DNA of 36,175 nucleotides from Perkinsus olseni (Eukaryota): NCBI GenBank assembly GCA_013115125.1, contig JABANN010000050.1, positions 62,001 to 98,175 of the forward strand, read 5' to 3'. Shown piece by piece: positions 10,367 to 21,648 of this stretch (position 1 is its first letter; each line of letters starts with the position of its first letter). The notes under the pieces were generated by a model. It saw only the letters and a program-made list of their open reading frames with translations, ran no database searches and was not told where the DNA came from. The position numbers and the translations under genes were made by a program.

Positions 10367-13300
10367 CTAAGACTCCGAAGCGATGGCAGTGATTCTACTC
10401 AGAATCTCATCGGATATCGAGTCCAAATTGGACCTCTCCGAGTCAGCCGGGGACTCGATCATACCAGCGAGGTCGTTGGCCAGCTGTAAGTCTTCTTCCG
10501 AAAAAGTCCCTCTGACGTTGAGGAGTTTTTCCAATCCACGGCGAGCATCCTCACCATCCACGGCCGCAACAGGCTGAACTATCGGCACCCGCTTGACCTC
10601 TCTGATCAACCTGCTGGTCTGCGGGCATTTGTACTTCTCAAACTGTTTGCAAAGCTCGAAGAAGTGCTCAGTCATTCGGGAGTCGAAACCTTCAGAGTCA
10701 CCGTGAGAATCGATCTCCCTTTTCAAGCAGGAGAGTATCCCCTGAGGGCTCCACGGGTACTGCCAGCTCGCCAACTCTGTCGTGCCCGGGACCTCTGCCA
10801 TTAACAAGGCCAAGACTTTCACATCAACACCATTGATCATAAAGTTCTTGGCTGATGTTTTGACGCTGTGAGTGTTGGTGTGATTTAAGTCAAGAAAGAT
10901 GACATGTGTCGACCCCTGCTTCGATCTCTTCACATTGCGCTCGACGAAGTCACCGCTGGCCCTCCTCAAGGCAGCCCCCAAGGCTGTGCTGTCCATAGCG
11001 CCCCTCTTAGCAAAGTCCCTGGCATTGATCAGAGCGGCATTACTCACGACGGCGTCCGAGCAGCCGTCGTCCTCCGCGCGGCTCTTCCCTTGCAGTAGCT
11101 TCGCCCTATTCACCTTGAGCTTGTCGAACATGGTCCGAAGAAGTTGGCTCGCCCCGGAGCCTGGCAGCCCCAGCGGGAGGACGAGGAGGACGGTTCTCGA
11201 CGCCCTCGGCGTGTCGCCAAGCATCCTGTGTACAGCATCACGCAGAAGCTTCTCTGAGGCGGGGCTCGCCGTCTTCACTCCTCTCGGTGGGTTTTTCGAC
11301 GCTTGTTTATACCACCTCGCGAACAGCCCTCCTTGTTCGCTCATATCAGACGCGAAGAATCTTTCGTCCTGCGTCGACTTATCATCATCACCAGCGTGAG
11401 CTAGAGTCCGAGTGATGACGTCTTGGATGGCCCCTTCCCAGCCATACTTGATGACAGCCACTCGCTCGTGGGGGAACTTGAATCGGAATAGAAAGCCCAG
11501 CGTGCACGCGTGCACAATATGATCACCACCGTCGTCTAACAGCTTCTGGATTTGCCTTTCCCCAGGAACCCCGTCTTCCGTCAGCAGATCTCTCGGTACC
11601 ACTCCTGGAGGTGCATGAATGATCACAACCATACCCCTCCTGCTCTGCGTCTCCTCGACTCTCGATGTAACGCCCTCGGTTAGAGCCCCGGCGGACTCCC
11701 GTGATGGCGCGGTCACCTGTTCATGAGACCGCTCTGCGGCAGCGACCGGGTCAATGGCAATGACGGCCTCCTGATCACCCACGGGAACGTCAGTCGGAGC
11801 AATGACCTTGGCCTCCACCACAGACGACGGCGACTTTTCTGGCGGACTCGCCGGTGACGACGACGCTGATCCATCCACTGCGGCAGAGTCATCCACCTCA
11901 ACAGCAGTGGCCTCGTCTGCTACAGTCATGATAGTATCCGGTGGGCTCTCGTCGACGACGACCTCAGCTTCGATCACGGGTGTTTCATCCACGCTCTTGA
12001 AAGCAGCAATATGGTCGACTGGGTTGGTTGTTGCTGAGAGACCCGATGATAGTGAATCTTCATCCTCCTCTCTCTCCTCGAATTCTTGCTCCGCCGCGAC
12101 ATCCTCAGGGAGGCTTTCTTCGGCCGCCGCCATCGGCTTCCCTCTCACAGGCGCCCCATTGCGCAACAACCGGGCTATAGCCGTCTTCAGTCTTGCCTTG
12201 TCCGAGACCGTCTCGAGGGACGAGGCATCAGGGATCTCCTTCTCCTGCTGAGCGAACCATGCTCCGATAAGACCGCTCTGCTCACCCAGCTTCGCCGAGG
12301 CGAAACGTCGCTCTCCCTCCAACAAATTTTTATGAGACTTCTTCCACCTGGCCCTCTTCACCGAGCTATTGAGGATGTCGCCAACTCGCCTGTCCCAGCC
12401 AATCCTCACAACCCCGGTCACAGGCGCGCCTCCAGCCCACCCAGGCGCGTAAAGGACATGCTTGCCGCCACCTCTGCGGAGACTCTCGATGGTCTCGACG
12501 TTGGCAACCACATCATCAGTGATCAGCTCGTGTGGCACGTAGCCCGGCGGAGCATCGACTAGGACGATACGACACTCGCTCCCCAATGTTTCGTTTCGGC
12601 ATTGCTGCTGCTGCTGCTGCTGCTGCTCGGCTTCGAATTGCTCAATAATCTCAGGCAACTCCTCGACCGATGAGGCCATTCGAACCCAATCCCTCTCCCT
12701 GCCATTCTCCCTCGCTGCTATGTGATAGCAGCGTGTTATCTCCTCCACCTGATCTTCCGCGTCCATCTCGAAGAACTCAACGTCAGCATTGCAGAGATTC
12801 ATCCGACCGGCCGTCTCGAAGGATCTCATCATAACATCGTCGACGCTGCCGTCCCAACCAACACTGATCACTTTGATCTCCTCCTCCTCAGGGCGGTGCT
12901 TCATGAAGGAAATATCCCGCGTACGAGCAACGTGCATGCCACCCCTGCGCACCATGTCACTAAGGGTGCCCGTAAAATCGACCTCAATCGAGAAAGTCAG
13001 CATGTCGGCAGGCACGATACCCGGAGGGGCATGGATCAAGACAACCAAGCTATTCTTCGGGGCCTGTCGAGGACTCTCCGCCGCCTTCTCTGCAAACTGT
13101 AAGAACTTCCCATGCACAGCCCGGCAGTTCCACTGCCCAGCAGCAGTAGCAACTTTCCCAATATTCTTGAACAGAGCCACGTAGGCCTCGAATGCATAGC
13201 TGCTGCCGACTTTGTCGTCTAGGATTCTCTCACACTGCCTCCTGAAGCACTTCACACCAGCCTGGGCCTTCAGACCACGGCCCGCTAGCGCGGACAAGTC

Positions 13301-14820
13301 GTGGCGCATTGCGCTGAGCAGCTGGAATTTCGCTGTTTTCGAGAAGTCAGCCAGCAGAACTCGCGAGTGTTCTTCCTCGCCGGTGCAGAGATAAATAGCC
13401 GTACGAGCATTCTGGCACTGGCCAAGGTTGCCGGACCCAGGCGAGTCCGGGATTCCGGCGAAGTAAGCTTCTCTCAGTGCTTCTGTGAGCTCCTCCTTAT
13501 CATTAACGACTTTCATACGCAAACCGTTCCCCTGAGAGAACAGGTCTGCAGTGTGTGTCTAAGCCAGCAATGCTGACCGAGATACAGCAGACCGATGAAG
13601 ATATGTTTCACTTCCGAGCGATAGCAGAACTCGAGCATACGAGTATGAGTTCTATCACACTCACAAAAAGCGCATTCACAATCCGCACCACTCCTCACCT
13701 CATCGTCAGAGGCTTCCACGAGGGCACTCCGGGCTCGCAGCACAGAAGCTGTCGTCTTCGGATCAACACCGACGGACTCACCGATGAAAGCTGCTTCGGA
13801 ACGAGACCGTGCCTGAGTAACGGCATCTGGGCCGTACCGCTGCCTGCTCAGCAGCATCTTACCAGACGAAGCCGAATCTCTCGGTTTTCGAGAGCGGCTT
13901 CGGTCCATCACGACGGTGGAGGGTGCCAGTGAGAGTGAAGTTACTCAGGAGCCGTTTCAGCTGAGATATCGGGACATACTCACATCTACGCGATCTCGAC
14001 CGCTTTTTTTTCTCGAAGGACAAGGTTTGGTAACAATTTCTTGGGAGCTGAGATGAGTTATATCCTCTCCGCTCATCACTCGAAGCGAGCCAGAAAGACT
14101 GGGGAAAACGAGCGCGTACGATCAGGTCGTAGAAGAGCGGACGCCCACGTCACTCGTGCGCTAGCGACGGAAGCTCATGACGTTGATTTTCAGCTTACGA
14201 GCCGAACGATTGATAACGCGTGCTAAGAATAACCACAGCCACACAGTGCGACAGGCTAGGCTCCTCAAAAAGCGCTGACGGACTCACCAAAGAATTGTCT
14301 CTTCTGAGTAGTAGTCTGGACCATGCAGCAGCGGCCATGCGAGCCTCACCGCAACCGTTGGCAGTGTTGCTGAGGAGTGGAATGGAATAGAGGTGCCAAG
14401 CGGGGCCGTCACGCCACCCGATCGACCGCTGTGTGACTCGGTCACCTACTCAATGGCATCATCATCCTCCTCCTTCTTGAGCAACACTGATGCTCTGCCG
14501 GCGTGTATTAGCCAGCAATCGAAGTGTTCGCACCAAGTGACCTGAGGAGACACATACCTGGCTCTGACTATGACGAAATAGAGCTCCTCGACCGAGCTGA
14601 AGAGATCAATAGGCGATGGCACCAGACGGCACCGAGTATCGCGATGAGCATGGATATAGTGAACCGCCAGAGCCTGTCCACTGCCACGCTTACAGCCACC
14701 GTCTCTCCTTCTGGGCAGTCCTTCACGTACATCCGCAAGGGCCAGTGTTTGAGTTCCTCCGTCGCCTTGCCCATGGCAGTCATAAAGCCAATCCCTATTG
14801 AGAATCTCATGGGCGGGGTC
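10367..14820 (-). CDS. Catalytically degenerate Trl1-like paralog: dead ligase, three copies of the P-loop-like insert domain, dead kinase, no CPD; 5' end uncertain (may reach ~14990)
   Basis: 1051-aa terminal ORF plus upstream exons homologous to the ligase: KHWPLRMYVKDCPEGETVA|VTWCEHFDCWLIHAGRASVLLK, ARMAAAAW, AAFIGESVG, FSKTAKFQLL. The kinase region reads PLGLPGSGAS, HVIFLDLNH and WQYPWSP. Confidence 0.85.
12601..12627 (-). repeat. CAG microsatellite encoding a 9-Gln tract
   Basis: (ctg)n on the plus strand; EQQQQQQQQQC between insert-domain copies 1 and 2. Confidence 0.9.
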
Positions 14821-16073
14821 ACGAGGACTATCGGTACTCACTTGAACTTGCACCTGCACTCAGCGGCGCTCGCTTCATCAGCAAAAGTGTATCGGTAGAG
14901 CTGACTGCCTTACAACCACCTGGGGATCCTTCGGTGGTGTCAACGTCAGCCTGCAAAATAGGGGTGGTATTCTTGACTTGCTCTCAGCATGCTTCTACAA
15001 CGCCCGTTCAACACGGTCTTCATTGCAGTGCAACGATCGCACTATGATTATCACGACGATGCTCCACCACATCGGAAATCTCAGCTTCTGTTTTCCGTTC
15101 ACAAGTTCCCAAGAGCTCCGACGGCATTCTGATGAGTGCAGCGGAGCGGAGTGGCGTTATTGCAGAGGCCACGCCGCACTGTCCGCGATGATACCGTAAC
15201 TATCATAAAACCGCGGCTCTGCATTCTAGAAGTTCTCGACCGGGTCATTTACAACCGGGACAAATCCGCCGATTCCACACCAAGCAATCGCGATCAGAGA
15301 GGGCGTAACTTATCGAACCGTCGAACCAACCTTGCGCTTCTTGTTCCCTATATCCGCGTCTTTGGAGACAGCTAGGGTGACACCAGAGCCCACCAATGCT
15401 TGACGAACGCGATCACCCTTGGACCTGAGCACCATCATATTGAAGCATCTTGATCGCTAATTCGAGGCATACCCATCATTGGCTCTCGCGAGTATGGGAC
15501 TTATATGAACCAGATCGCAGGGGCAGCCCGAGACTTTTTGGGTAATCTAAAACGACGCGCGGAGCTATCACGCTTAGCAGGCTTCGGGAGGCCTCTCACC
15601 ATTTCACACTTGTTAGACCTCTCCGCCCACTGAAGGAGCTGCTGGGGCATCTGGACTCCTTCCTTGTCGGCTAGAGGGCGTCTGTCCTGGTTCGTATGAG
15701 AGAGCATTGAGCGTATCAGCTCATCAGCAGCGAGCAGCTCAGCCCCTTCGCCCACGACCGAAGAGGCACGTTGCGAAGAGACAGAGGACATGAATCAATC
15801 GGGGATTAGTCAATCTTAATACCGCTTGATGCTATGCGAGTACGCAATGCTTACTGACGAGGCGTCCAGGTCCGAAGGCAGCCCCAACCTCAACAGCTGA
15901 TTGTGACGATGCTGTTCTCGTGATAAGCAAGTTCGGGCGTTCCATTCCACTTGCGGGAGTGACGCGCTCAGAACACGCCGACTGAGCCCATGAGCCTACT
16001 ACCAAGCTCGTCTGTCGTCCGGATCGGTCATACTGGTAGTAACACAGCAGCGCCGCTCGAGAGAAACGCTTCA

Positions 16074-19000
16074 TTACTTGAAGTAATTCTTAATCGTGCA
16101 ATCAGTAAGACGTAATTCATCAGGAAATTGATAAGTTTGAATGTCAGTCAACTGTGTGCCTTCGATGACCTTACGCTGCTCATGAAAGCCACTGAGGTAC
16201 TCTCTAGCTAACTTGGCAGGGCAGCCATTGTCCAGGGCCATGGTGATGTGAAGGTGCGGCTGAGGCTGCAAGTCATCGAGGAACTCGGGACCATCGACTT
16301 CAACCTCGGCACAGACCAGCCTCCCTGGTACCACTAAAAGCCTCTTCGGTGAGACCGTGGCCATCATATCCTCCCCCATGGCAATAGCCTGCACGATCTG
16401 CTTCCTCCTCTTACCCTCAGGCTCCCGACACCCCAGAAACGACAGAGTCACGTGAAGCTCTTCCTTCATACTCCACTGGCTGGCATCAAGGAAGCTCATC
16501 GTGTGCTTCATCAACACCTCCCTATTAGGCCCCGAAATATCCGCTCCCACATACAGCGGCCAATGGCACTCCGCCGCAAGAGCTTCCACCTTCCGCACAA
16601 CAGCCTCGACGCATCGATCCGACTCAGCAAAGGAATCATCATCACACTCAACCATCGCCGTCAGCTTCTGCATTTTCGCCAGAACCTCCTCGCTGACTTC
16701 AAAGTTCCATCGATTCCGATCCTTCCGTCCAGGGACGCTTGATAGCACTTCCTTCGCGAGGTTGATGCCATCTTCCCTCCAACTCCCGCTGTTCACTATG
16801 GGCAACGTCAAAACCGAGGATATCAACTTGTTCTGCTGCAGTCCTGCATGATCCTCGAAAAGCCTCCAAAATTCGAGGAATACAGAAGCTTTCTTGCGAT
16901 CATCATTGGCAGCACCGCCAAGCGTCGGGTGGGCGTCCCTCCCCAAGACCCGCTTCAAGCACACTGCCATCGTCTTCGGGCTCCATGGGTAATTCCACAC
17001 GCTTTCCTCTCCCGAAACATCATCAGTGTCAGCCAGGAATAACGCTATCACCTTAACCTGCGCGTTCGCCTTCATAAACGGCGCCGCGGTTCCCCTCAGG
17101 TCCCCAGCATGGATATGATTCTTATCAACCAACACCACGTGAGTGGACCCCTTCGGCGCTCGCCCGATGCTCTCCCTCGAGAACGCCTCGCTGGCCTTTC
17201 TCATCTCCATATTCTGCCGTCTCTGATCGGCCCTCCCCTTACCAGCAAACTCATCACTGCTCAAGTAAAGAGCATCCCACACGTTCGCCCCAGCTGCGGT
17301 TTCGCTCTTCTCCTCTACCAAATTTTGCCGATATTTCCCGTGTGTTACCACCAGCTTAGCGAACACTTCCTTGAACAGCCGAGTCTTGCCAATGCCCGGC
17401 ACCCCGATCGGCGCCACCACGAAGACCCTCTGCGCTTCCCCCGCTCCTTCAGACTCCTCAAACTCACCCGATAAGAGCTTCCCGACCACCACCCTGAGTT
17501 CTTCCTCCGTGTCCACACTGGTCTGCTGCAGACCAGGAATAACAATCTTGTCCAGCGTCTCGTACCACTTCCCAACGAGAGCGCACTGCTTGTCGACAGG
17601 AGAATCAAAGAACCTCTTATCAGTCTCGTAGAGGACCTCTCCCTTCCCTCGCTCCAACGTACGGTTCAATACATCACCCACCTGCCCGTCCCAGCCGTAC
17701 CGAATGACCTTCACGCGATGCCGCATGAGCTTACTAAGACCCTTCAGTTGCAATATATTTGGAAGCTGCACAACATGGCTGCCGCATGTGAGCATCTTCC
17801 TAACCTTGTCGGGGTGCAGAGCGAAGTCATCAGTAACCATCCCCTTCGGTACCGAACCCGGAGGCGCATGGATTACTACCACCCTTCCCGCTGCCTCTGT
17901 CGCATCATCAACCACTTCTGTCCGCGCAGCCAGAGCCAGCAACTCCGGGAACCGCTGGTCCACCGCTTCAAATGCACCAAAACCGTCGATATCCTCTCTG
18001 ACCACGTATTGAACCCTTCGGAAGAGGTCCAAGAAGAGCGCTAGCAGCTCATCCTTCCGAGCATTCCCACTCAGCATCATCTCGCAAGTCTGTTTGAACA
18101 CTTTACCATCTTGCCGCTTTCGAGTAGCCTGCTTCGTCACTTCCCGCAGTTTCCGCAAGAGCCGGTATTGAGCCGTCTTGGCCTTCCCCAGAGCCACTAC
18201 TACCGCACCATCGCCTTCAGCTCTCCGATTCTCAAAGTAGGTCACTACCCCTTCCCTCTGGCAGTGGATGAGGTGTTCGAGAGACGTCACATCATCCATC
18301 TCGGACTGGTTCACGGCAGCTATCTCGTTGCTCATGCTATCCCAGTCCCCCTCCCGCAGCTCCACTGCCTTCGCCGGCCGAACCTGTGATGAACCATCTT
18401 CGACCTAAGATACTCTACTAGTCTACCTCCTCTATCGTAGTGAGGCCACATGCCTTGAGAATCGTCAGCGTGGCAGCGGGGGCTACACAGGCCGATTCGC
18501 CACCGCACACGTTCGCAACGAGGGCGTACCTAGCAGCAAACTTCAGCACCCCCGGCCAAGGAGGCTCCTCACCATTTAAGGCCCTGAGAGTTGTACTTCA
18601 CTATGTGCTGGACTCCACTCCTACCGCAGAGCTCGCCAATCAGCGTATGGCGGGAGAGGATCTTCCGAATCTTAGGTCGATCATGGTTAAAGACAGAATG
18701 CAGCACAGCTGATACCGTTTCCAAAGTGCCGATCTGCTCGAGCTTCTGCAGTTCTTCAAACCACGCCGCTGCAACAAGTTTTGCATACTCGAATCGATCG
18801 TTTTTGAACCTGCCATAAATACCAATGCCGTGGATCGAACTCGGGACCTCCGCTCTCATACCGGTGAATATCCGCCAGCTCTCTTGCGACGAGCGAGACG
18901 TTCTTAGAACAAATGACCCAGGCCGAGAACTCCTCCGACCACGACACCTACGAACCCATAAATTCTCAAAGGGGCACCAAGAGCCATCTCAGGCACCTGT

Positions 19001-20061
19001 GCATTCTCGCCGTTCGCCTTGTCCAGTAAATACAAATTAGATGGCCATCGCTTTGTCAGCCGTTTTCGGAGCCAGGACGGCTCATCAGTATCTAGAAGAC
19101 TAAAAAATGGCAAAAAGACTTCTGCTGGAAATATGGTCAGAATAGAGGAAATAAACAGGCTTGGCACGCACCCCCGAGAAACGCGGATACTTCACAGTAA
19201 GAGCAACAGTCCCCTATTGAACTCTCGCCCGGTCGTACCAGCGAAATCCTTATCCACATCAATGTCGAAGAACTTGGGCAAGCCTTGCCTCAACAAGACC
19301 ACCTTAGCCACTCTCTCTGTGGCAGCACTGCGGGAGCCACCATCATCCTCTTCCTACAACTTCAACGCTGAGAAAACCCTGGGAGTTTCCTATCACCTCG
19401 GCCGATGCAGGCTCGACCCTCCTTTTCTTGTTGCCTTCGCTCGTGGTTACTGCCAAGGACAGGCCCCTCCGCAGAAGACAGTGTAGAAGGTCATTTTTCA
19501 AATACCTGGCAGCACTGGTATTTTCCCACTCAACCTCCCTCCCTGCTGCTACGTTTTGTCCTCAGACTTCCGCTTGAGCATGCTAACATCGACAATCTCA
19601 CAGCCTAGCTCTGGGACTTTGGTATTAACCTAATTAACGGAAGACCTCAGGCAGCGGAATGAGGGACTGAGAAGTCCTCGCACTAGCCGCTACACCTGGC
19701 AAGCGCATTCCGACGGAACTATCGCAGTGCTATCACTGTGACAAGGAATACTGACCATATAAACTAATAGTAAATATATATATAACCCCATGCAGTAAAC
19801 CATAATAAAAGATTAACTATAAATATATATTAGCATGGGTTGTAATGGTGTATAATATAATATTAGGTAGTGTAATTAACCCAGCACTACCAGTTTGCAA
19901 TGCCTGCATCTCTTCAACCACTCATACAGTTTCTCGGGAGTATCGACCTTGGCCTTGATAGCAAGGGGGCTTATCCGATGACTACTGGCGGCGCACATGC
20001 CGCTGGCCTCTGACGGCAGGAGGGCTCTAGTCGCCTGAGGGGCGATGCGACACCGCGACAT
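16074..20061 (-). CDS. TRL1: Trl1/RNL-type trifunctional tRNA/RNA ligase (adenylyltransferase-ligase, polynucleotide kinase, 2',3'-cyclic phosphodiesterase), about 11 exons; start at ATG 20061 or 19998
   Basis: Spliced 5' exons give RRGLS, RQGLPKFF, motif I KANG (K codon 19018-19020), Ia CSKN and III TLIGELCG..QHIVKY. The terminal exon gives IV EGVV and V KAKTAQYRLLRKLREVTK (cf. fungal Trl1 KYK...YRQWREVTK); kinase PIGVPGIGKT, SSD, VDKNH, RVLGRDAH; and CPD motifs HVT and HIT. About ten GT-AG introns between 18384 and 19890 keep the frame. Confidence 0.9.
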
Positions 20062-20785
20062 GGGGTCAACTGAAGTCTGTTGATATGGACAAATCAATAC
20101 TACGGCACAACCCTGCTGGCTTATCAAAATGCGAGGGCCTCTTGAGAGGTAAGGGCTCTATCACAGAACACAGCGTCCATTTCGAGTTGCGGCCTGAAGA
20201 CCAGGGGAGTCCCCTGGTCGGAAAGGGTCGAAAGGGGAGTCCAGTGCCACAAATACTTGTTAAGAGAAGCCCTGTTAGCTCTAACACGCTCTTATCGCCA
20301 GTCAGCTGCCCCTATGTGGTATGTACCCCGAAGCTTCCTCTCTTGATACAGACTGACGGACCCACAGTTCCCTCGACAGTCGAGGATTCTGCAAGTATCG
20401 AGCTTTCGCGATGCAGCGCCACATCAAAGTTTTGCAACGATACGCTAGGCGCCCGTCCAATTTATAACAACACGCTCGAGCTAAGATACCACTTCGAAAT
20501 CACAGCCTCTCGGGCGTATGAGATCTACGCAGTCGCAGCACTTCCTCCCAGTTAATCCCTCCCCACCCGAAACTTCTCGCATCGACTAACCCAACCAAAC
20601 ACGGCAGGCGCGGCTCTCGTCGGAAAAGTTAAGTAACGTTATCGCGTTGGACGGTAGTCAGGCGACGGGTGTCATAGTTGTACGCGTGGGGGAATATAAC
20701 AGAGGTTACATAACCTGAAGCCAGCCCAGCAAAATCCCACCCGCTAGAAATCAGTATTTCCAGCCTTCTTTACTACCTAGTGTGG

Positions 20786-21648
20786 TTAACGGCGGTCCGC
20801 CCCTCTCCTTGTCTTCAAAGACGTGCGGTCTCTGCTACGCTTCTGGCTCTTAGGGAGTTTAGAAACCATGGCCGGGACCACTGGTTGGAACTTCACATTA
20901 GACCCTGTGTTGCGGCAATAATCCGAGCGTTCCCAATTCAAGGCAGTTGCCCCATTACCTTCCATCTTCTCCCTCGCCACTTCCTTCGCAAGATCGCCCT
21001 AACAAAGTAGAACTTTTCCAGAATATCAATCCACAAGCGCTGCACTACCTGCGTGATAACGCCAGTCGCCGGTACAGGCTCGGCAACGGCCCGAGTGGCG
21101 CCCATCTCAGTGTCCTCATCGTCGTCGTTCGCTTGCGCGAAGGCCAACTTAGCCCTCACGGAGCCTCCGATATCATCACCAACGACAACACGAGGAATGC
21201 TCTCGAACTCCGAGGCACCGTACCTTGCGCGATGCCGAATGATCACCCTCATAGAACTACCAAAAAACGGTACTTCCTGCGATTGCCAGTGATGGCATAA
21301 CCACTATGCGGCATTGCTTCGCTCCGGAAATCCAACGGCTTTGCCACTATGACCTGACCGCCAAGCTCATTAACACAGTCCAGCCGGCGCAAGAGGAAAA
21401 CCTTAGGAAAAGCTGCCGCCGGGTCGTCAGGGTAGAGAAAGGCGTTCTTGGGAGTAGTCGGCTTCACAAAGACACCTGAGAATGAACCCTCTCGATAATT
21501 CTAGGAGATTTTGTCTACTACCGGTGGCGACTTCCCGAAGCCTCTGATTGGTGTCCTGAAGTCGCTTCTTGTCAATGGTGGCGCTGACCAACTGCCTCTT
21601 GCAGGTTCGAAAGCGCTTCTTAACTTTTGAGCGGATCGACTTGGCCAT
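20786..21648 (-). CDS. Small basic protein with LLP-homolog/DUF2423-like N-terminus, multi-exon
   Basis: N-terminus MAKSIRSKVKKRFRTCKR. Spliced exons read KNAFLYPDDPAAAFPK|VIVAKPLDFRSEAMPHSGYAITGNRRK|YGASEF...VITQ|GDLAKEVAREKME|GSNVKFQP...GADRR*. Confidence 0.7.

Noticed and set aside
15000-16074. Short ORFs between the ligase and its paralog, and similar ORFs at 6528-6902 and 33993-34211
   Set aside because: No motifs or homology recognised; they could be UTR or chance ORFs.
16074-18365. Stand-alone kinase-CPD healing enzyme lacking a ligase
   Set aside because: Ligase motifs IV and V are in this ORF, and motifs I-III are in upstream exons.
10383-18389. Numerous plus-strand ORFs overlapping the two long genes
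   Set aside because: They are antisense shadows of GC-rich coding sequence with no independent support.
18384-18440. Non-canonical (AT-AG or GC-AG) last intron of the ligase gene
   Set aside because: A canonical phase-0 donor, GAG|GTAGAC at 18426, restores the frame.
19745-19875. AT-rich intronic segment with a CCCATGC/GCATGGG inverted pair
   Set aside because: Only 7-bp arms in low-complexity DNA; too weak to call a MITE.
21098-21110. GCCCATCTC as the partner hAT TIR
   Set aside because: Only a partial match, it lies inside a coding exon, and it has no subterminal TACGG repeats or matching TSD.
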